DNA from: an uncultured virus (IMG/VR IMGVR_UViG_3300042894_007211)
Taxonomy: Duplodnaviria > Heunggongvirae > Uroviricota > Caudoviricetes
IMG/VR virus record: IMGVR_UViG_3300042894_007211
Length of the DNA: 64,000 nucleotides
Direction: 5' to 3' (one strand)
Part shown: piece after piece, positions 38,298 to 49,800 of the stretch
Numbering within the stretch: position 1 is the first letter of the stretch
How the letters are laid out: each line of letters begins with the position of its first letter
The notes under the pieces: generated by a model
Told to the model about the DNA's origin: nothing
The model's input: the letters and a program-made list of their open reading frames with translations, nothing else
The model's database searches: none
Translations under genes and position numbers: made by a program

Positions 38298-39359
38298 ATG
38301 AGTAAAATATTATTATCTGAATTTATTGAAAGATCTAATTATATACATAATAGTAAGTATGATTACTCTCTTGTGGTATTTAAAAATAATGATTCAATTG
38401 TTAATATAATATGTCCGATTCATGGTGTCTTCGAACAGAGGGTTGGATCACATTTAAGTGGAAGTTCATGTAGAAATTGTAAAATTGATAACAGAAGAAC
38501 CCCTGTTTTAAAATTTATAGAATCCTCTGACAGGATACATAATAATAAATATGACTATTCAATGGTCACTTATTCCACAACAAATACAAAGGTTAAAATT
38601 ATATGTGAAAATCATGGAGTATTTGAAAAATCACCTAAAAATCACCTAAAAGGACAAGGATGTCCATCGTGTAAAAAAATAACAACTGAGAGTTTTATAG
38701 AAATGTGTAAAACTAAACACAAAGATAAATATGATTATTCTTTCTCAATATACAGTGGATCACATTCAAAAGTTAAAATATTATGTCCATATCACGGCGT
38801 TTTTGAACAATCAGCTTCTCAACACATGAGGGGATTTGGATGTATTAAATGCTCATCAGATAGTAAGAGGATATCTACAAAAGAATTTATTGACATATCA
38901 AATAAATCACACAATAATAAATACGACTACTCAATCACTAAATATGAGTCATCTAAATCAAAATTAGAAATAGTTTGTCCTATTCATGGTATTTTTACTC
39001 AGATACCAACAGACCATATGAGAGGATTTGGATGTAAATCTTGTGGATCTGAAATATCAGTATCTAAATTAGAGATAAAATGGTTAGATTCATTAAATAT
39101 TAAAATTGAGAATAGACAATATAAAATTGGTAAGTATATTGTTGATGGATATGATCCTTTAACAAATACAATTTATGAATTTAATGGTGATTTTTGGCAT
39201 GGTAATCCAAATACTTATAATCCGAATGATATAAATCCACTCACCAATTCAACATTTGACCATCTATATAAGAAAACACTTAATAAAGAAAAATCTCTTA
39301 TTAAGAAAGGATTTAATATTATTTCTATTTGGGAAAGTGAGTATAAAAAGCAAAACTAA
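38298..39359 (+). mobile_element. Free-standing putative homing endonuclease: four DUF723-like Zn repeats plus Vsr/PD-(D/E)XK-like nuclease domain
   Basis: 4x H..KYDYS...IICP.HG.F.Q...H..G.GC..C; C-terminal VDGYD...YEFNGDFWHG...IWE; own TTAATATATA at 38284. Confidence 0.8.
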
Positions 39360-39901
39360 TCCATAAGGTCATAGACATCTTCTGCGGTGAATTCCGGGTC
39401 TCTAATTTTTAAATCATAGTCTTTGAAATCTTTGAAATCCTCTTCATCTGCGTCTAATCTTCTGATAATTGAGTCGTTTTTATCTTGTCTTTTAAAAAGC
39501 CGGTTTTCTCTTACTTCTCTATCGATGTCTAAATAAACTACAAAACAACCTTTTCTTTGTTCAGAAGTGATGTTTTCAAATTCACCAGGTGTCATAATAA
39601 AAACTTGTGCTAATTCAAACTCTTCTTGAGTTATTCCATAATACCAGTTTTTGGGAGATTTTCCGTCAGGAGTTACTTTAAATTCTTGATAAGCTAAAAA
39701 TTTATTTTCATTAATTGATTGTATGAATTGTGTGTCAGTTACAAAATTATAAGTCACACCGTGTTGTTCATATTTTCTAGCGGGTCGTGTAGTCCATTTA
39801 AGACATGGTTTTAAACCTTTTTCAACTAACTTTCTCATTAAGTAGTCTTTACCTGAACCACTTTTACCTAAGATAATTAACTTCTCTTTTTTATTAGTCA
39901 T
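39356..39901 (-). CDS. gmk: Guanylate kinase-like protein
   Basis: GKSGSGKD, TTRPAR..E..GV.Y.FV, WYYG, RRLDAD..DF. Confidence 0.85.
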   Translation of the reverse strand: MTNKKEKLIILGKSGSGKDYLMRKLVEKGLKPCLKWTTRPARKYEQHGVTYNFVTDTQFIQSINENKFLAYQEFKVTPDGKSPKNWYYGITQEEFELAQVFIMTPGEFENITSEQRKGCFVVYLDIDREVRENRLFKRQDKNDSIIRRLDADEEDFKDFKDYDLKIRDPEFTAEDVYDLMD

Positions 39902-39967
39902 TTTGATTTATATTAGTAATTTATAAAAAAGTTTTTAATATATAGGATAGAAGAAAATTTAAAAATT

Positions 39968-42961
39968 ATGGCAACATTTATTACGTCCAAATCCGTTGGA
40001 AATGATATTAACATTTATGTTGAAACATCAACTGGATATTGGAAATATAACCACAATGGAGTAGATTCTGCAGTTTTTCCAAATGGTGAACAAACAATCA
40101 CAGTAGCAAATGCAAATGGTGAGTTCACACTTATTTCATGTCTTTCAGATGGTACAGTTAGTGGGGATGTAACTTATTTAGAATTAAGTGAAAATCAAAT
40201 TACTTCATTTGATGGAACGGGTTTATCTGGTTTAACTGAGTTGTATTTAAATAATAACCAATTAACTTCATTTGATGGAACTGGTTTAACAAGTTTAACT
40301 ATTTTAAATTTAGGTACCAACCAATTAACTTCATTTGATGGAACTGGTTTAACAAGTTTAACTGGTTTATATTTAAGTAATAACCAATTAACTTCATTAG
40401 ACGGTTTTATTTTACCAACAAGTTTAACTAATTTAGAATTAAATGAAAACCAATTAACTTCATTTGATGAACCTGGTTTAATAAGTTTAACTTATTTGAA
40501 TTTAAGTGATAATGGATTAACTTCATTAGATGGTTTTATCTTACCAACAAGTTTAACTTCTTTACATTTAAGTGATAATGGATTAACATCATTTGATGGA
40601 ACTGGTTTAACAAGTTTAACTATTTTAAATTTAGGTACCAACCAATTAACATCATTTGACGGGACTGGTTTATCTAATTTAACTAATTTGGATTTACGAA
40701 ATAACCAATTAACATCATTTGATGGAACAGGTTTATCTAGTTTAACTTATTTGGATTTAAACTTAAACCCATTAACTTCATTTGATGGGACTGATTTAAC
40801 AAGTTTAATTGGTTTTGTGTTATTTGAAGATAAAGGAAGTTCTAACATAATTACACCTGAATTAAACAATTCAATATTGAACCAATTAAATACAAATGGT
40901 GTTGAAGATGGATACTTCTTTTCATCAAATGGTAGAACATCAGCAAGTAATGTTGATTACGATAACTTAGTAAGTTTAGGTTGGCAATTCCGTGGACTTG
41001 ATCTAACAGTTGGTGGAGGATCTAAATATGCGGCTAAATATGTTGGAACAGATCCTGCCCCACCTGGATGGACAAAAGTTGGAAATATCGCAGTAGATGT
41101 TGATGGAATTGCTTCAAGTGAAGATTTACCATTCTCACCTGGTATTTATGAGACATATGATACCGATGGTTATGTTGTAATTTCCGATACATCAAATGCT
41201 GGTTTGGTTGGTAGAACTACTGGAGGAGGTGGTATTCAATCAAATGCAGAAACACCAACTTATTGGGCAAGTGTTAGTAAGTCTGATGAAAGTTTTAAAA
41301 CTTTAGTAAGTCAGATTTCAAAACAAACGTTTGTAACTGCTACAGATGCTAAAAGTTGGTTGGATAATAATGGTTATTGGACATCTTTCGTAGATGCTAC
41401 TTCATTTGTTTCTGTATGGAATACAACATTGGGGGGGGATGGTAACCCATCAATTATATTACCATTAGTGTCATCAGGAAACTACAATTTTAGTGTAAAC
41501 TGGGGTGATGGAAACACTGATACTATCACTGCATATGACCAAGCAGAAGTAACCCACATATATGCGGAAGGTGGTGAATACACTGTAACAATTACAGGAA
41601 CAATTGAGGGATGGTCATTTTCTACAACAATAGCCGAAAAATTATTATCAATCACAAATATCGGACCACTTAAATTAGGAAATGAAGGTTATTATTTTCT
41701 AGGATGTTCAAACTTAACAACAATTGGTGGCATATTTGATTTGACAGGAGTAACTAATATGGCTAGTATGTTTGAAAGCTGTACTTCATTAACATCAGTA
41801 AATGGAATTGGCTCATGGGATGTTTCTTCTGTAACTGATATGGGTGATATGTTCAATAGTGCAACAGCATTCAACCAACCATTAAACTCATGGGATGTTT
41901 CCGCTGTAACTAATATGGGTGGTATGTTTGATTATGCCACATCATTCAACCAAGACATAAGTTCATGGGACGTATCTTCTGTAACTAATATGATTTATAT
42001 GTTTACTAATGCATCATCATTTAACCAAAACATTAGTTCATGGGATGTTTCCGCTGTAACTAATATGGGTGCAATGTTTGCTGGAGCATCATCATTTAAC
42101 CAAAACATTAGTTCATGGGATGTTTCCGCTGTAACTACTATGGCTGCAATGTTTGGTTCAACAAAAGACAATTTTTCTATCTTCAACCAACCATTGAATT
42201 TATGGAATGTATCTTCTGTAACGGATATGGGTGCTATGTTTGCTGGCAACTTATACTTTAACCAAGATATCAGTTCATGGAATGTATCTAATGTAACTAA
42301 TATGAGTTATATGTTTGCCGTTGAAAGTGGTGATATACCATTCAACCAAGACATCAGTTCTTGGAATGTTTCTAATGTAACTACTATGGCTGGTATGTTT
42401 AGGGGAGCCACGTCATTTGATCAAGACATCAGTTCTTGGAACGTATCTTCTGTAACTGGGATGTCGAGTATGTTTAATAGAGCCACTTCATTTAATCAAA
42501 ATATTGGTGGTTGGACTACTTCAGCAGTAACTGATATGTCTGGTATGTTTAGAGATGCAACAGTCTTCAACCAAGATATTAGTTCATGGGATGTATCTTC
42601 TGTAACGGATATGGGTAATATGTTTGATTATGCCACATCATTCAACCAAGACATCAGCTCTTGGGATGTTTCTTCTGTAACTGGTATGTATGCAATGTTC
42701 AATGGCGCAACTGCTTTCAATCAAGATATTAGTGGATGGAATGTATCTTCTGTGACCACTATGATGGATTTCATGACTGGTAAATCAACAGCTAACTTCT
42801 CATACTATGATGATCTATTAAATGCTTGGTCTGCATTAACTCTACAAAATGGAGTAACATGGGATATGGGTACAATTGAGTACACTGCTACTGGATCAAC
42901 TGCTAGAGCAAACATCATCTCAAATTATTCATGGGCAATTACTGATGGTGGACTGATATAA
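39968..42961 (+). CDS. LRR plus BspA/DUF285-repeat adhesin-like protein with internal shared module
   Basis: ~10 LRR units ([17 protein letters not shown]), NGYWTS module, PKD-like WGDG, ~14 [17 protein letters not shown] repeats; TTAATATATA at 39935. Confidence 0.85.
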   Translation: MATFITSKSVGNDINIYVETSTGYWKYNHNGVDSAVFPNGEQTITVANANGEFTLISCLSDGTVSGDVTYLELSENQITSFDGTGLSGLTELYLNNNQLTSFDGTGLTSLTILNLGTNQLTSFDGTGLTSLTGLYLSNNQLTSLDGFILPTSLTNLELNENQLTSFDEPGLISLTYLNLSDNGLTSLDGFILPTSLTSLHLSDNGLTSFDGTGLTSLTILNLGTNQLTSFDGTGLSNLTNLDLRNNQLTSFDGTGLSSLTYLDLNLNPLTSFDGTDLTSLIGFVLFEDKGSSNIITPELNNSILNQLNTNGVEDGYFFSSNGRTSASNVDYDNLVSLGWQFRGLDLTVGGGSKYAAKYVGTDPAPPGWTKVGNIAVDVDGIASSEDLPFSPGIYETYDTDGYVVISDTSNAGLVGRTTGGGGIQSNAETPTYWASVSKSDESFKTLVSQISKQTFVTATDAKSWLDNNGYWTSFVDATSFVSVWNTTLGGDGNPSIILPLVSSGNYNFSVNWGDGNTDTITAYDQAEVTHIYAEGGEYTVTITGTIEGWSFSTTIAEKLLSITNIGPLKLGNEGYYFLGCSNLTTIGGIFDLTGVTNMASMFESCTSLTSVNGIGSWDVSSVTDMGDMFNSATAFNQPLNSWDVSAVTNMGGMFDYATSFNQDISSWDVSSVTNMIYMFTNASSFNQNISSWDVSAVTNMGAMFAGASSFNQNISSWDVSAVTTMAAMFGSTKDNFSIFNQPLNLWNVSSVTDMGAMFAGNLYFNQDISSWNVSNVTNMSYMFAVESGDIPFNQDISSWNVSNVTTMAGMFRGATSFDQDISSWNVSSVTGMSSMFNRATSFNQNIGGWTTSAVTDMSGMFRDATVFNQDISSWDVSSVTDMGNMFDYATSFNQDISSWDVSSVTGMYAMFNGATAFNQDISGWNVSSVTTMMDFMTGKSTANFSYYDDLLNAWSALTLQNGVTWDMGTIEYTATGSTARANIISNYSWAITDGGLI
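40190..40810 (+). repeat. Tandem 63/66-bp LRR-coding repeats
   Basis: Recurrent aaccaattaacttcatttgatggaactggtttaacaagtttaact. Confidence 0.85.
41745..42780 (+). repeat. Tandem ~75-bp DUF285-coding repeats
   Basis: Recurrent ttcaaccaagacat.agttc.tgg.atgt.tcttctgtaact..tatg. Confidence 0.85.
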
Positions 42962-42981
42962 GTTATAGATTAAGTTATAAA

Positions 42982-43227
42982 TTACTTAAGTGGTTTGTAA
43001 TTAGGCATTGAGCCTTTGTAGTTTCTATCACCTTTTGCTAAAGCTTCTCTTTCGGCTTCACATGCTGCTGCATATTCAGGATCTTTCTTTTCCTCTTCTT
43101 TACAGTTCATACAAATGACATCTTCATTAAACATTGACAAAGTGGTCATATTATTAGTAGTACCTCCACATCTATCACAGACATCTCTTCTCATTGAGAA
43201 GTTTTCAAATGTTTCTAATCTTTTCAT
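42982..43227 (-). CDS. Small Zn-finger protein with N-terminal tag
   Basis: MKRLETFENF; CDRC...SMFNEDVICMNC. Confidence 0.75.
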   Translation of the reverse strand: MKRLETFENFSMRRDVCDRCGGTTNNMTTLSMFNEDVICMNCKEEEKKDPEYAAACEAEREALAKGDRNYKGSMPNYKPLK

Positions 43228-43736
43228 TTTTTGATTGTTGTAAAATCATTTCTAAAAAAGTCATTGAAATCCATAACTCTTTTTCCCTTTGGTTTAGACT
43301 CACCCTCACCAGAAGTAAAATCTTGTCTTTTCGAAAAAACATCTTTTAAAGCTTTAAGATCTAATCTTTTCTGGCGTGATTTCTTGCCAGTTCTTGGCCC
43401 GTGATTTTTCCCCATTGGTGCTGGTAATTTTTGAAAAACTCTATTAGCACCAGAAGGATTATAAGGAACAGAAATATCACCAGAGCCAGTTGTACCACCA
43501 CCAGAGGCCCAACCTGGACCAATTGTTGTTCCAGCTAAGCCAGAAGGTTGTGCAGATACAACGGCACCCATTCCACCAACTGATGGACCACCTGTAGCAG
43601 AAGTATCTTCTAAAAGTGATTGTTCTTTGATTTTAATAGTTTCGATAACTAAATTAAGAAGTTCTTTATCTCCGTAATTTTCAGCAATTAATCTTCTTTT
43701 AATGCCCCAAAGTTCCATCAAACTAAAATGTTCCAT
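43224..43736 (-). CDS. Hypothetical Gly-rich protein (late-type)
   Basis: LLEDTSATGG then Gly/Ser/Thr-rich tract; CTAATATATA 4 nt upstream. Confidence 0.7.
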   Translation of the reverse strand: MEHFSLMELWGIKRRLIAENYGDKELLNLVIETIKIKEQSLLEDTSATGGPSVGGMGAVVSAQPSGLAGTTIGPGWASGGGTTGSGDISVPYNPSGANRVFQKLPAPMGKNHGPRTGKKSRQKRLDLKALKDVFSKRQDFTSGEGESKPKGKRVMDFNDFFRNDFTTIKK

Positions 43737-43746
43737 AAACTATATA

Positions 43747-44055
43747 TTAGTTTTCTAATCTGTTTCTTTGAAATGTAATTTCGTGACCGTTTTTCTCAAT
43801 CCATTCAAAAACATCATTCATATTATCACCTACTTTCAATGAAATTCCGAGTTTCGGGTGGTCTAACTCAACACCACTGATATTTATTATCATTATTTTA
43901 TTTTTAACAGGAGTGAAGTATATCTGCAGTTCGAAGTCTTTAGCCGTTCTAAAAAAAGACTTTTTGGTTTTTCCAACCACTACAATCTGACTTAGTAATC
44001 TTTTTAAACCTTGGTAACTCACTATGAATATTTTTTTGGACAAACCCACTCGCAA
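43747..44055 (-). CDS. Hypothetical protein
   Basis: 102-aa ORF, TTG start uncertain. Confidence 0.55.
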   Translation of the reverse strand: MRVGLSKKIFIVSYQGLKRLLSQIVVVGKTKKSFFRTAKDFELQIYFTPVKNKIMIINISGVELDHPKLGISLKVGDNMNDVFEWIEKNGHEITFQRNRLEN

Positions 44056-44090
44056 CTTATATATAATTTACTAAATATAGAAAAGCACTG

Positions 44091-44759
44091 ATGAACAAAG
44101 TAAAACTGTTAGAAGTAAAGAAACTTCTAAAAGAATTAGAATTTATTGAATCCGATTTTGAGTATCGAAACGAAATTATCAGTGAAGCTGATGCTCAATT
44201 TATAAATTCAATAAATCAATTTCTACAAAATCATCCAGACCTGAAAGAAATCTATGATAACAAAGTTACGGAAAAAATTAATCAGTCAATCAAAAAAACG
44301 CAAGAAAGTGCAGATGAAGACCAATCAGAAGCCACCGGCATCCATATTCAAGAAGATGATACAGATAGCCAGAAAGAAGAACCTGAGAACACTGAAGAGA
44401 TTGAAGAGGAAAATAAAAATACAAAACATCTTTCGCAATTAAAAAAACTTTATCGAGAAATTGTTAAATTGACACATCCTGATAAAATTAAAAACGAAAG
44501 ATTAAATGAAATTTATTTGAAAGCAACTAAATATTATGATGAAATAAACAAAATTGGTATCTATGCTGTTTGTAATGAATTATCAATTGTTTATGAAATT
44601 GAGACAGAAGATATTTCACTAATTTACGATGAAATTCAAAAATATCAACAAAAGATAAATTTTATTGAAAGTACATACACTTGGAAGTGGTTTAATTGTG
44701 AAAATGATGAGCAAAAAGACCAGATATTATTAAATTATATTAAACTTAAAATTAGATAA
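44091..44759 (+). CDS. J-domain-like (HPD) co-chaperone
   Basis: LKKLYREIVKLTHPDK after a coiled coil and acidic linker. Confidence 0.7.
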   Translation: MNKVKLLEVKKLLKELEFIESDFEYRNEIISEADAQFINSINQFLQNHPDLKEIYDNKVTEKINQSIKKTQESADEDQSEATGIHIQEDDTDSQKEEPENTEEIEEENKNTKHLSQLKKLYREIVKLTHPDKIKNERLNEIYLKATKYYDEINKIGIYAVCNELSIVYEIETEDISLIYDEIQKYQQKINFIESTYTWKWFNCENDEQKDQILLNYIKLKIR

Positions 44760-45387
44760 CGTTAATTTTAATTTTCTTATCTCTAATTAAATCTTCTAAT
44801 TCTTCTTTTCTAAATGTCTTTTTGTAAATGTCATTTTCTTTATCAGAATTTTGCAGAACCCACTCATTTCCATTACTTGTTGTGTAAATATAGTTCTGGT
44901 CAGCGTCTACAATTTCAATTGTTCTTGATGTCAATTTATCATAAAACTTTTTAACATCATCATTTACTTTATATAATTTTACCTCCTGCCATTTATCTAA
45001 AGTATCGTTCCATATTTGCATCATCAAATAAACCGGATTTTCTAATTCATTTGAATTAATATCATAAACAAACATAAACTTACAAGGTTTATTCAAAAAA
45101 GTTTGATAATCATCAGAGTTTCTTAATTCTGATTTTTTTAGGGCTAAACTTGAAAGTGAATTTATAAATTCAATACTATTAGAAAGAAAATCTAAATCAA
45201 GATTTGCACTGAAGTCACCCTCAGGCAGTTTCAAAGTATCGAATATATTTGTTTCTTCAGCACCAATTGATGACAACAAAGCATCGTGCCAAATAGTCAA
45301 TGACTCTAATAAGTCTTCAACTCTTTGAAAAGTTAAGTCAATCACTAATGATTCTTTAAATTGATTATATCTTTTCATATGTTTCAT
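44752..45387 (-). CDS. Hypothetical protein with N-terminal tag
   Basis: MKHMKRYNQFKES; TTAATATATA 4 nt upstream. Confidence 0.78.
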   Translation of the reverse strand: MKHMKRYNQFKESLVIDLTFQRVEDLLESLTIWHDALLSSIGAEETNIFDTLKLPEGDFSANLDLDFLSNSIEFINSLSSLALKKSELRNSDDYQTFLNKPCKFMFVYDINSNELENPVYLMMQIWNDTLDKWQEVKLYKVNDDVKKFYDKLTSRTIEIVDADQNYIYTTSNGNEWVLQNSDKENDIYKKTFRKEELEDLIRDKKIKINVI

Positions 45388-45391
45388 AATT

Positions 45392-45427
45392 TATATATTA
45401 AAAAAAGGAATCTGATTTTAATATATA
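45392..45427. promoter_or_regulatory. Back-to-back putative late promoters
   Basis: TTAATATATA on minus (45392-45401) and plus (45418-45427) in a 46-bp intergenic gap. Confidence 0.75.
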
Positions 45428-45433
45428 AGAAGT

Positions 45434-46804
45434 ATGAAATGGATAAAAGGTTATCAACTGTTCAAAGAATCTAAGACTTACTCTAATAAAAATCTTATTA
45501 CTGAGATTTGCACTAGTATGATTCTTCTTAATAATCAATTTCTTGACTCGATATTAGATAGAGGATTAAAAGCAAGATATTCTGAAAACTCTGAAATATT
45601 CTTAACAGATTTAAAAAACCTGCTATTAGCAAAAAATAGACTTGAATTAGGTAAATTTGAAGATAATAAGTGTGTGAGTGACGATGAGTTATCAAAGATA
45701 AACGGTATGTTTGAAGAGGTTCAATTCGATATGGAAAAAGATTGGAACCTTCTGATTAACTCAAGAAACACAGCAAGAAATATAATTGATAAACTTCTAC
45801 CAGATGAGAAATTGACATCAGATAGAATTAAAAAGATTTATTGGATTGGACCTAATAAAACTGCCGATGCTGATGAAGATATTGTTATAGAACTAAATGA
45901 TGGTAAACAATATAGTTTTTATTTAAATAAAAATATTTCATCAACTAAATCATCTTCTTTTAACACATTTGCTGAAGAACTAATCGGTACCGATTTAGAT
46001 AAATTATTCTCTGATGAATATTTACCCAAATGGGACAAATTAGCTCAACAGTGGATTACAATCATTTATGAAAATTCTAATAAAAATATACAATCATATA
46101 TTGAAAGATTTATAGATCCAAAAAGAATTGAAACAATTAATTATTTTGAATATTTTGATATTAGACACTCTGATCCTAAATACAGACATTTAGGTGAATT
46201 CTTTAAAGAGTTCAATAAAAACATCTTAAAATTTTCTGACCTATTGAATGAAATTTGGAAAAACAAAGAAATTTGTTTTATGGATCCAGATAGAGTTCAC
46301 AAAGATTGGACTGAGACTAAGATTGTTATACTTAATTCTAAAATTTTAGAAAATATTTTTACTAATTCTTTTAAAACAAACTTCGCATCTGATATTGAAA
46401 GATTAGATGATGGTATGAAATTAGCTGGTGGTGTTGTTAAAATGAAACTATTCAAAACATTAGTTGAAAAAATGGGTTGCTTAGAAAGACCACTACATTA
46501 TATAAACAGTAATGGCTCCCATTTTCATACGATACCATCAAGAGAATTTTTTAGAAAGTTTTATGATGAATTAGATATAAAATTTGATTATCATGTTAAC
46601 TTTACAGTTAGTGAAGAAGAAGATAACAATGACTTCAATATCAAAATTATTCTTGAACAAGAAAATAAACCATTAATTACCTTCTTTATACAGGTGAAAT
46701 TCTCAGGTGGTGAGATGTCTGGTAAGTTGTCCGCTAAGTCTCGCTTCGAATTGGCTGATGATTTTAACTATGTCATTTCGAAAAAATCTCTTCTGGAGGA
46801 GTAA
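45434..46804 (+). CDS. Hypothetical protein with N-terminal tag
   Basis: MKWIKGYQLFKES; 456 aa. Confidence 0.78.
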   Translation: MKWIKGYQLFKESKTYSNKNLITEICTSMILLNNQFLDSILDRGLKARYSENSEIFLTDLKNLLLAKNRLELGKFEDNKCVSDDELSKINGMFEEVQFDMEKDWNLLINSRNTARNIIDKLLPDEKLTSDRIKKIYWIGPNKTADADEDIVIELNDGKQYSFYLNKNISSTKSSSFNTFAEELIGTDLDKLFSDEYLPKWDKLAQQWITIIYENSNKNIQSYIERFIDPKRIETINYFEYFDIRHSDPKYRHLGEFFKEFNKNILKFSDLLNEIWKNKEICFMDPDRVHKDWTETKIVILNSKILENIFTNSFKTNFASDIERLDDGMKLAGGVVKMKLFKTLVEKMGCLERPLHYINSNGSHFHTIPSREFFRKFYDELDIKFDYHVNFTVSEEEDNNDFNIKIILEQENKPLITFFIQVKFSGGEMSGKLSAKSRFELADDFNYVISKKSLLEE

Positions 46805-46841
46805 CCTTAAGTGAATATATACATTAAAATTCTTCGTTTTA

Positions 46842-49800
46842 ATGGCTTTACCTCCTATTTTTCCACTTTATCCAGATAGTTTATCAGGGCCATACAACGT
46901 TTCATTAGCACTTCCTGGACCAATAAGTCAAATATCAAAATCAATCGGTCTTACCAGTTCTGCTATAATGTTATTTCCAAATGCAGAATTTATACAAAAA
47001 CTTATTGATGGTGATTTAGGAATTGCAGATGCTATTTTAAAGGGCATGATGTCAGAGAATTTTGCATCACCTAACTTAGCTACTGATGAAATGGCTTTTA
47101 GAAAATTTGCAGAACTAAACAAAATAGATTTAGGCAATGAAGACATAAATAAATATAAGAAAGATGGTAAGTTTGTAATGCCTAAGGATAAAATTACAAT
47201 AAGTCCAGAATGGGATAAAATTGGATTGAAGGCAATTGAAAAAACAACATTACAATCTATTTTTGAAACACAGAAACCTTATTTAGAAATAGCGAAGCTG
47301 GTCATTGAAAATATAGCAAAAATAGAAGATATTATTGCTAGAGTAATGCCGTTAATTTCATTATCACCACTAACTTGTAAATCAAAAAAACCAAATCTAA
47401 ATGGTGGTAAAGGTAATTTTCCAAAGGCTATTGGATATAACAATGGACAAGCACTTGTAGATGAGTTATCAAAATTAGAAACAATTCTTACTGCAAATAT
47501 AGAAGTTAAGAAAAAGTTAGACTTCGAAACTGTAAATAGTTTTTTTAGCCAAGATTCAACTGGAAAAAAAGCCTCACAAGCTCAAAAAGATTTACTTTCA
47601 AAATGGTCTGTATTGATAGCTGCTTTAGAGGCTGGAGATATATCTATGAAATCATTTTCTGATATCATCTCAGCAAATGGTGGTGTTGAATCTAAATATA
47701 AACCTATAATTCAACAAATTTTATCAGATACTTCAAAAAAATTCTCAGTCATCAGGATTTATAATTTAACCCAACAAATATCTCCAGTTATTGTAACATT
47801 CGATGATGCAAGAGACTTAATTAAACCAGCAATTGGTAAGTGGACTTTCAAAAATAACTTAGATATACCAAACCGTGATTTCATAAGAATTTATCAGGAC
47901 CTTTCTTTACAATTTTACAAAGAAAAGGTTCCATTTTCGATGATACCAGATGAACCTACAGGAAATACAGGTGATTCAGCACCACCTGCCGAAGATGGTA
48001 AATGGCAAATTATTTCAACTATTTATTCAACCGGAACATTTAACCCAAATATTGAATATCAATATTTCTATAAAGATTTACCTCAAGACGAACCTGTAAT
48101 AAAACCAAGAAAATCTGAATTAAATCTAAATGAAGAAAAAGATCCATATCATAAATATAAACCAAAAAAACTTATACTTGGAATTTACAACTCTAAAGGC
48201 GAACCACTTAATCCAACTCAATTTGTTAACACAATTGGTTTATCAGGAAATAATGTAATTGATGTCCCAACACCATTCAAAAAAGCGGATTGGATTTTAA
48301 GAAGTCCAAAATGGTACTTACCAACTGGTCAGTATCAATGGCCTGATTACGGAAGTCCTGTATTTGTTTGGGAAAAAGGTTCACAAACAAGAGAAAGTAA
48401 AACCAACCCAAATGCTGATGCAGACCCAGCTTGGAAAATTAAAAAGTATAAAGAAGGTGACAAAGATATTATATCTAAAGGTGATGCGTTGCCTGGAAAT
48501 CCTGTTATTGTTAGATTTGAAATGAGTGAAGTAGTTGAGTATACGGATATATTTACAGATTTTGTGAAATTCGGATTTCATAAAACAGATATAAAAAAGT
48601 CAGAAAAGGAAGCCTTAACTAAAGAAATTGTTGGCAAACTTGATATACCGGCTCATTTACAAAATGTATTTAACTATGGTCAATTAAGATCATCTTTTTA
48701 CAAAAGAATAGGAGGTCAAGATCCTGTACCACAACTTTTAAAGAAATCTTATAAACCATATAAAATATTTTCAACTAAAGCATCAGTAGACCAACAAATT
48801 AGAGAGTTCTCAGTAGCTAAAGGTGAACAACCTGGCTTCATATGGATTGAACCAGAAGCTGATTATGATATGAAACTTATTAGAATTGATCCTACAACTA
48901 ATATTAATTATATCGAAGCTCAGGGAGAGTCTGAAGTTTCTACACAAATCAAAAACTTTGTTAAAAATAGATTTAAGTTTAGTTTTTCTAATAATATTCC
49001 ATTTACAATTTCTGTAACTAAAAACAGTGAAACACCAGAAATACTAACTAATATAACAGAATATGTTGTAGAAAACTGGAATTATCAAAACGCAAATGCT
49101 ATTAACGATAATCAATTTGAATATACAATTTGGTCATCAACTCCACCATCGGAATACGTAAATGAAACCGGAAAAGTTCAAAAATCAACATCAGAAGGAA
49201 CCATATTCTATGAATTAGTAAAAGATGGAAGTAATTATTATTATAGAAAATTTAGATTTAAAGTAGATTTAGAAGATGTGGCCATTCAGGCTTTTATTGC
49301 TTGGTTAAATCCTTCACTATTATATACAATATGGGCTATCTATATAAATGATCCAGATGCTACATATACATTTACCGTTGGTGTCGGTGATGCTTCAATA
49401 ACTCGAACCATTGAGTTAAAAAAGATATTTCCTTATAAAGTATATGAGAATTTCCCAGCTGGTGATATAGATTTATTTTATGACTTTAGTAGCGCAATCG
49501 GAGATGAGGCCTTAGTAAGACCTGTTAGAATTGACTCTACTGGTAAAATAACAAGATGGTATTATCTTAAAAACAGAACATTTACAGGTCCTGATAGTAA
49601 GAAAAGCTCAACAGTAACATTAGATAAAGGTGAAACAAATTACTTACCAACTTTCGGTGTTGAAAGAAATTTTACAATAAACTACAGCACAAAAACTAAA
49701 ATCTTAAATCAAGACTGTGATATATCATTTATAGATTCGGACTTTACACTGTATAGAATAAAAGTTGATAGCAATAATCCATTTGGTTCTATTATAGATC

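Noticed and set aside
38298..39359. Group I intron or intein housing the endonuclease
   Set aside because: Flanking genes are complete and not two halves of one gene, and there is no room for intron core structure.
39968..42961. Diversity-generating retroelement acting on the repeat protein or adhesins
   Set aside because: No reverse transcriptase and no template/variable repeat pair with adenine-specific mismatches is visible in the window.
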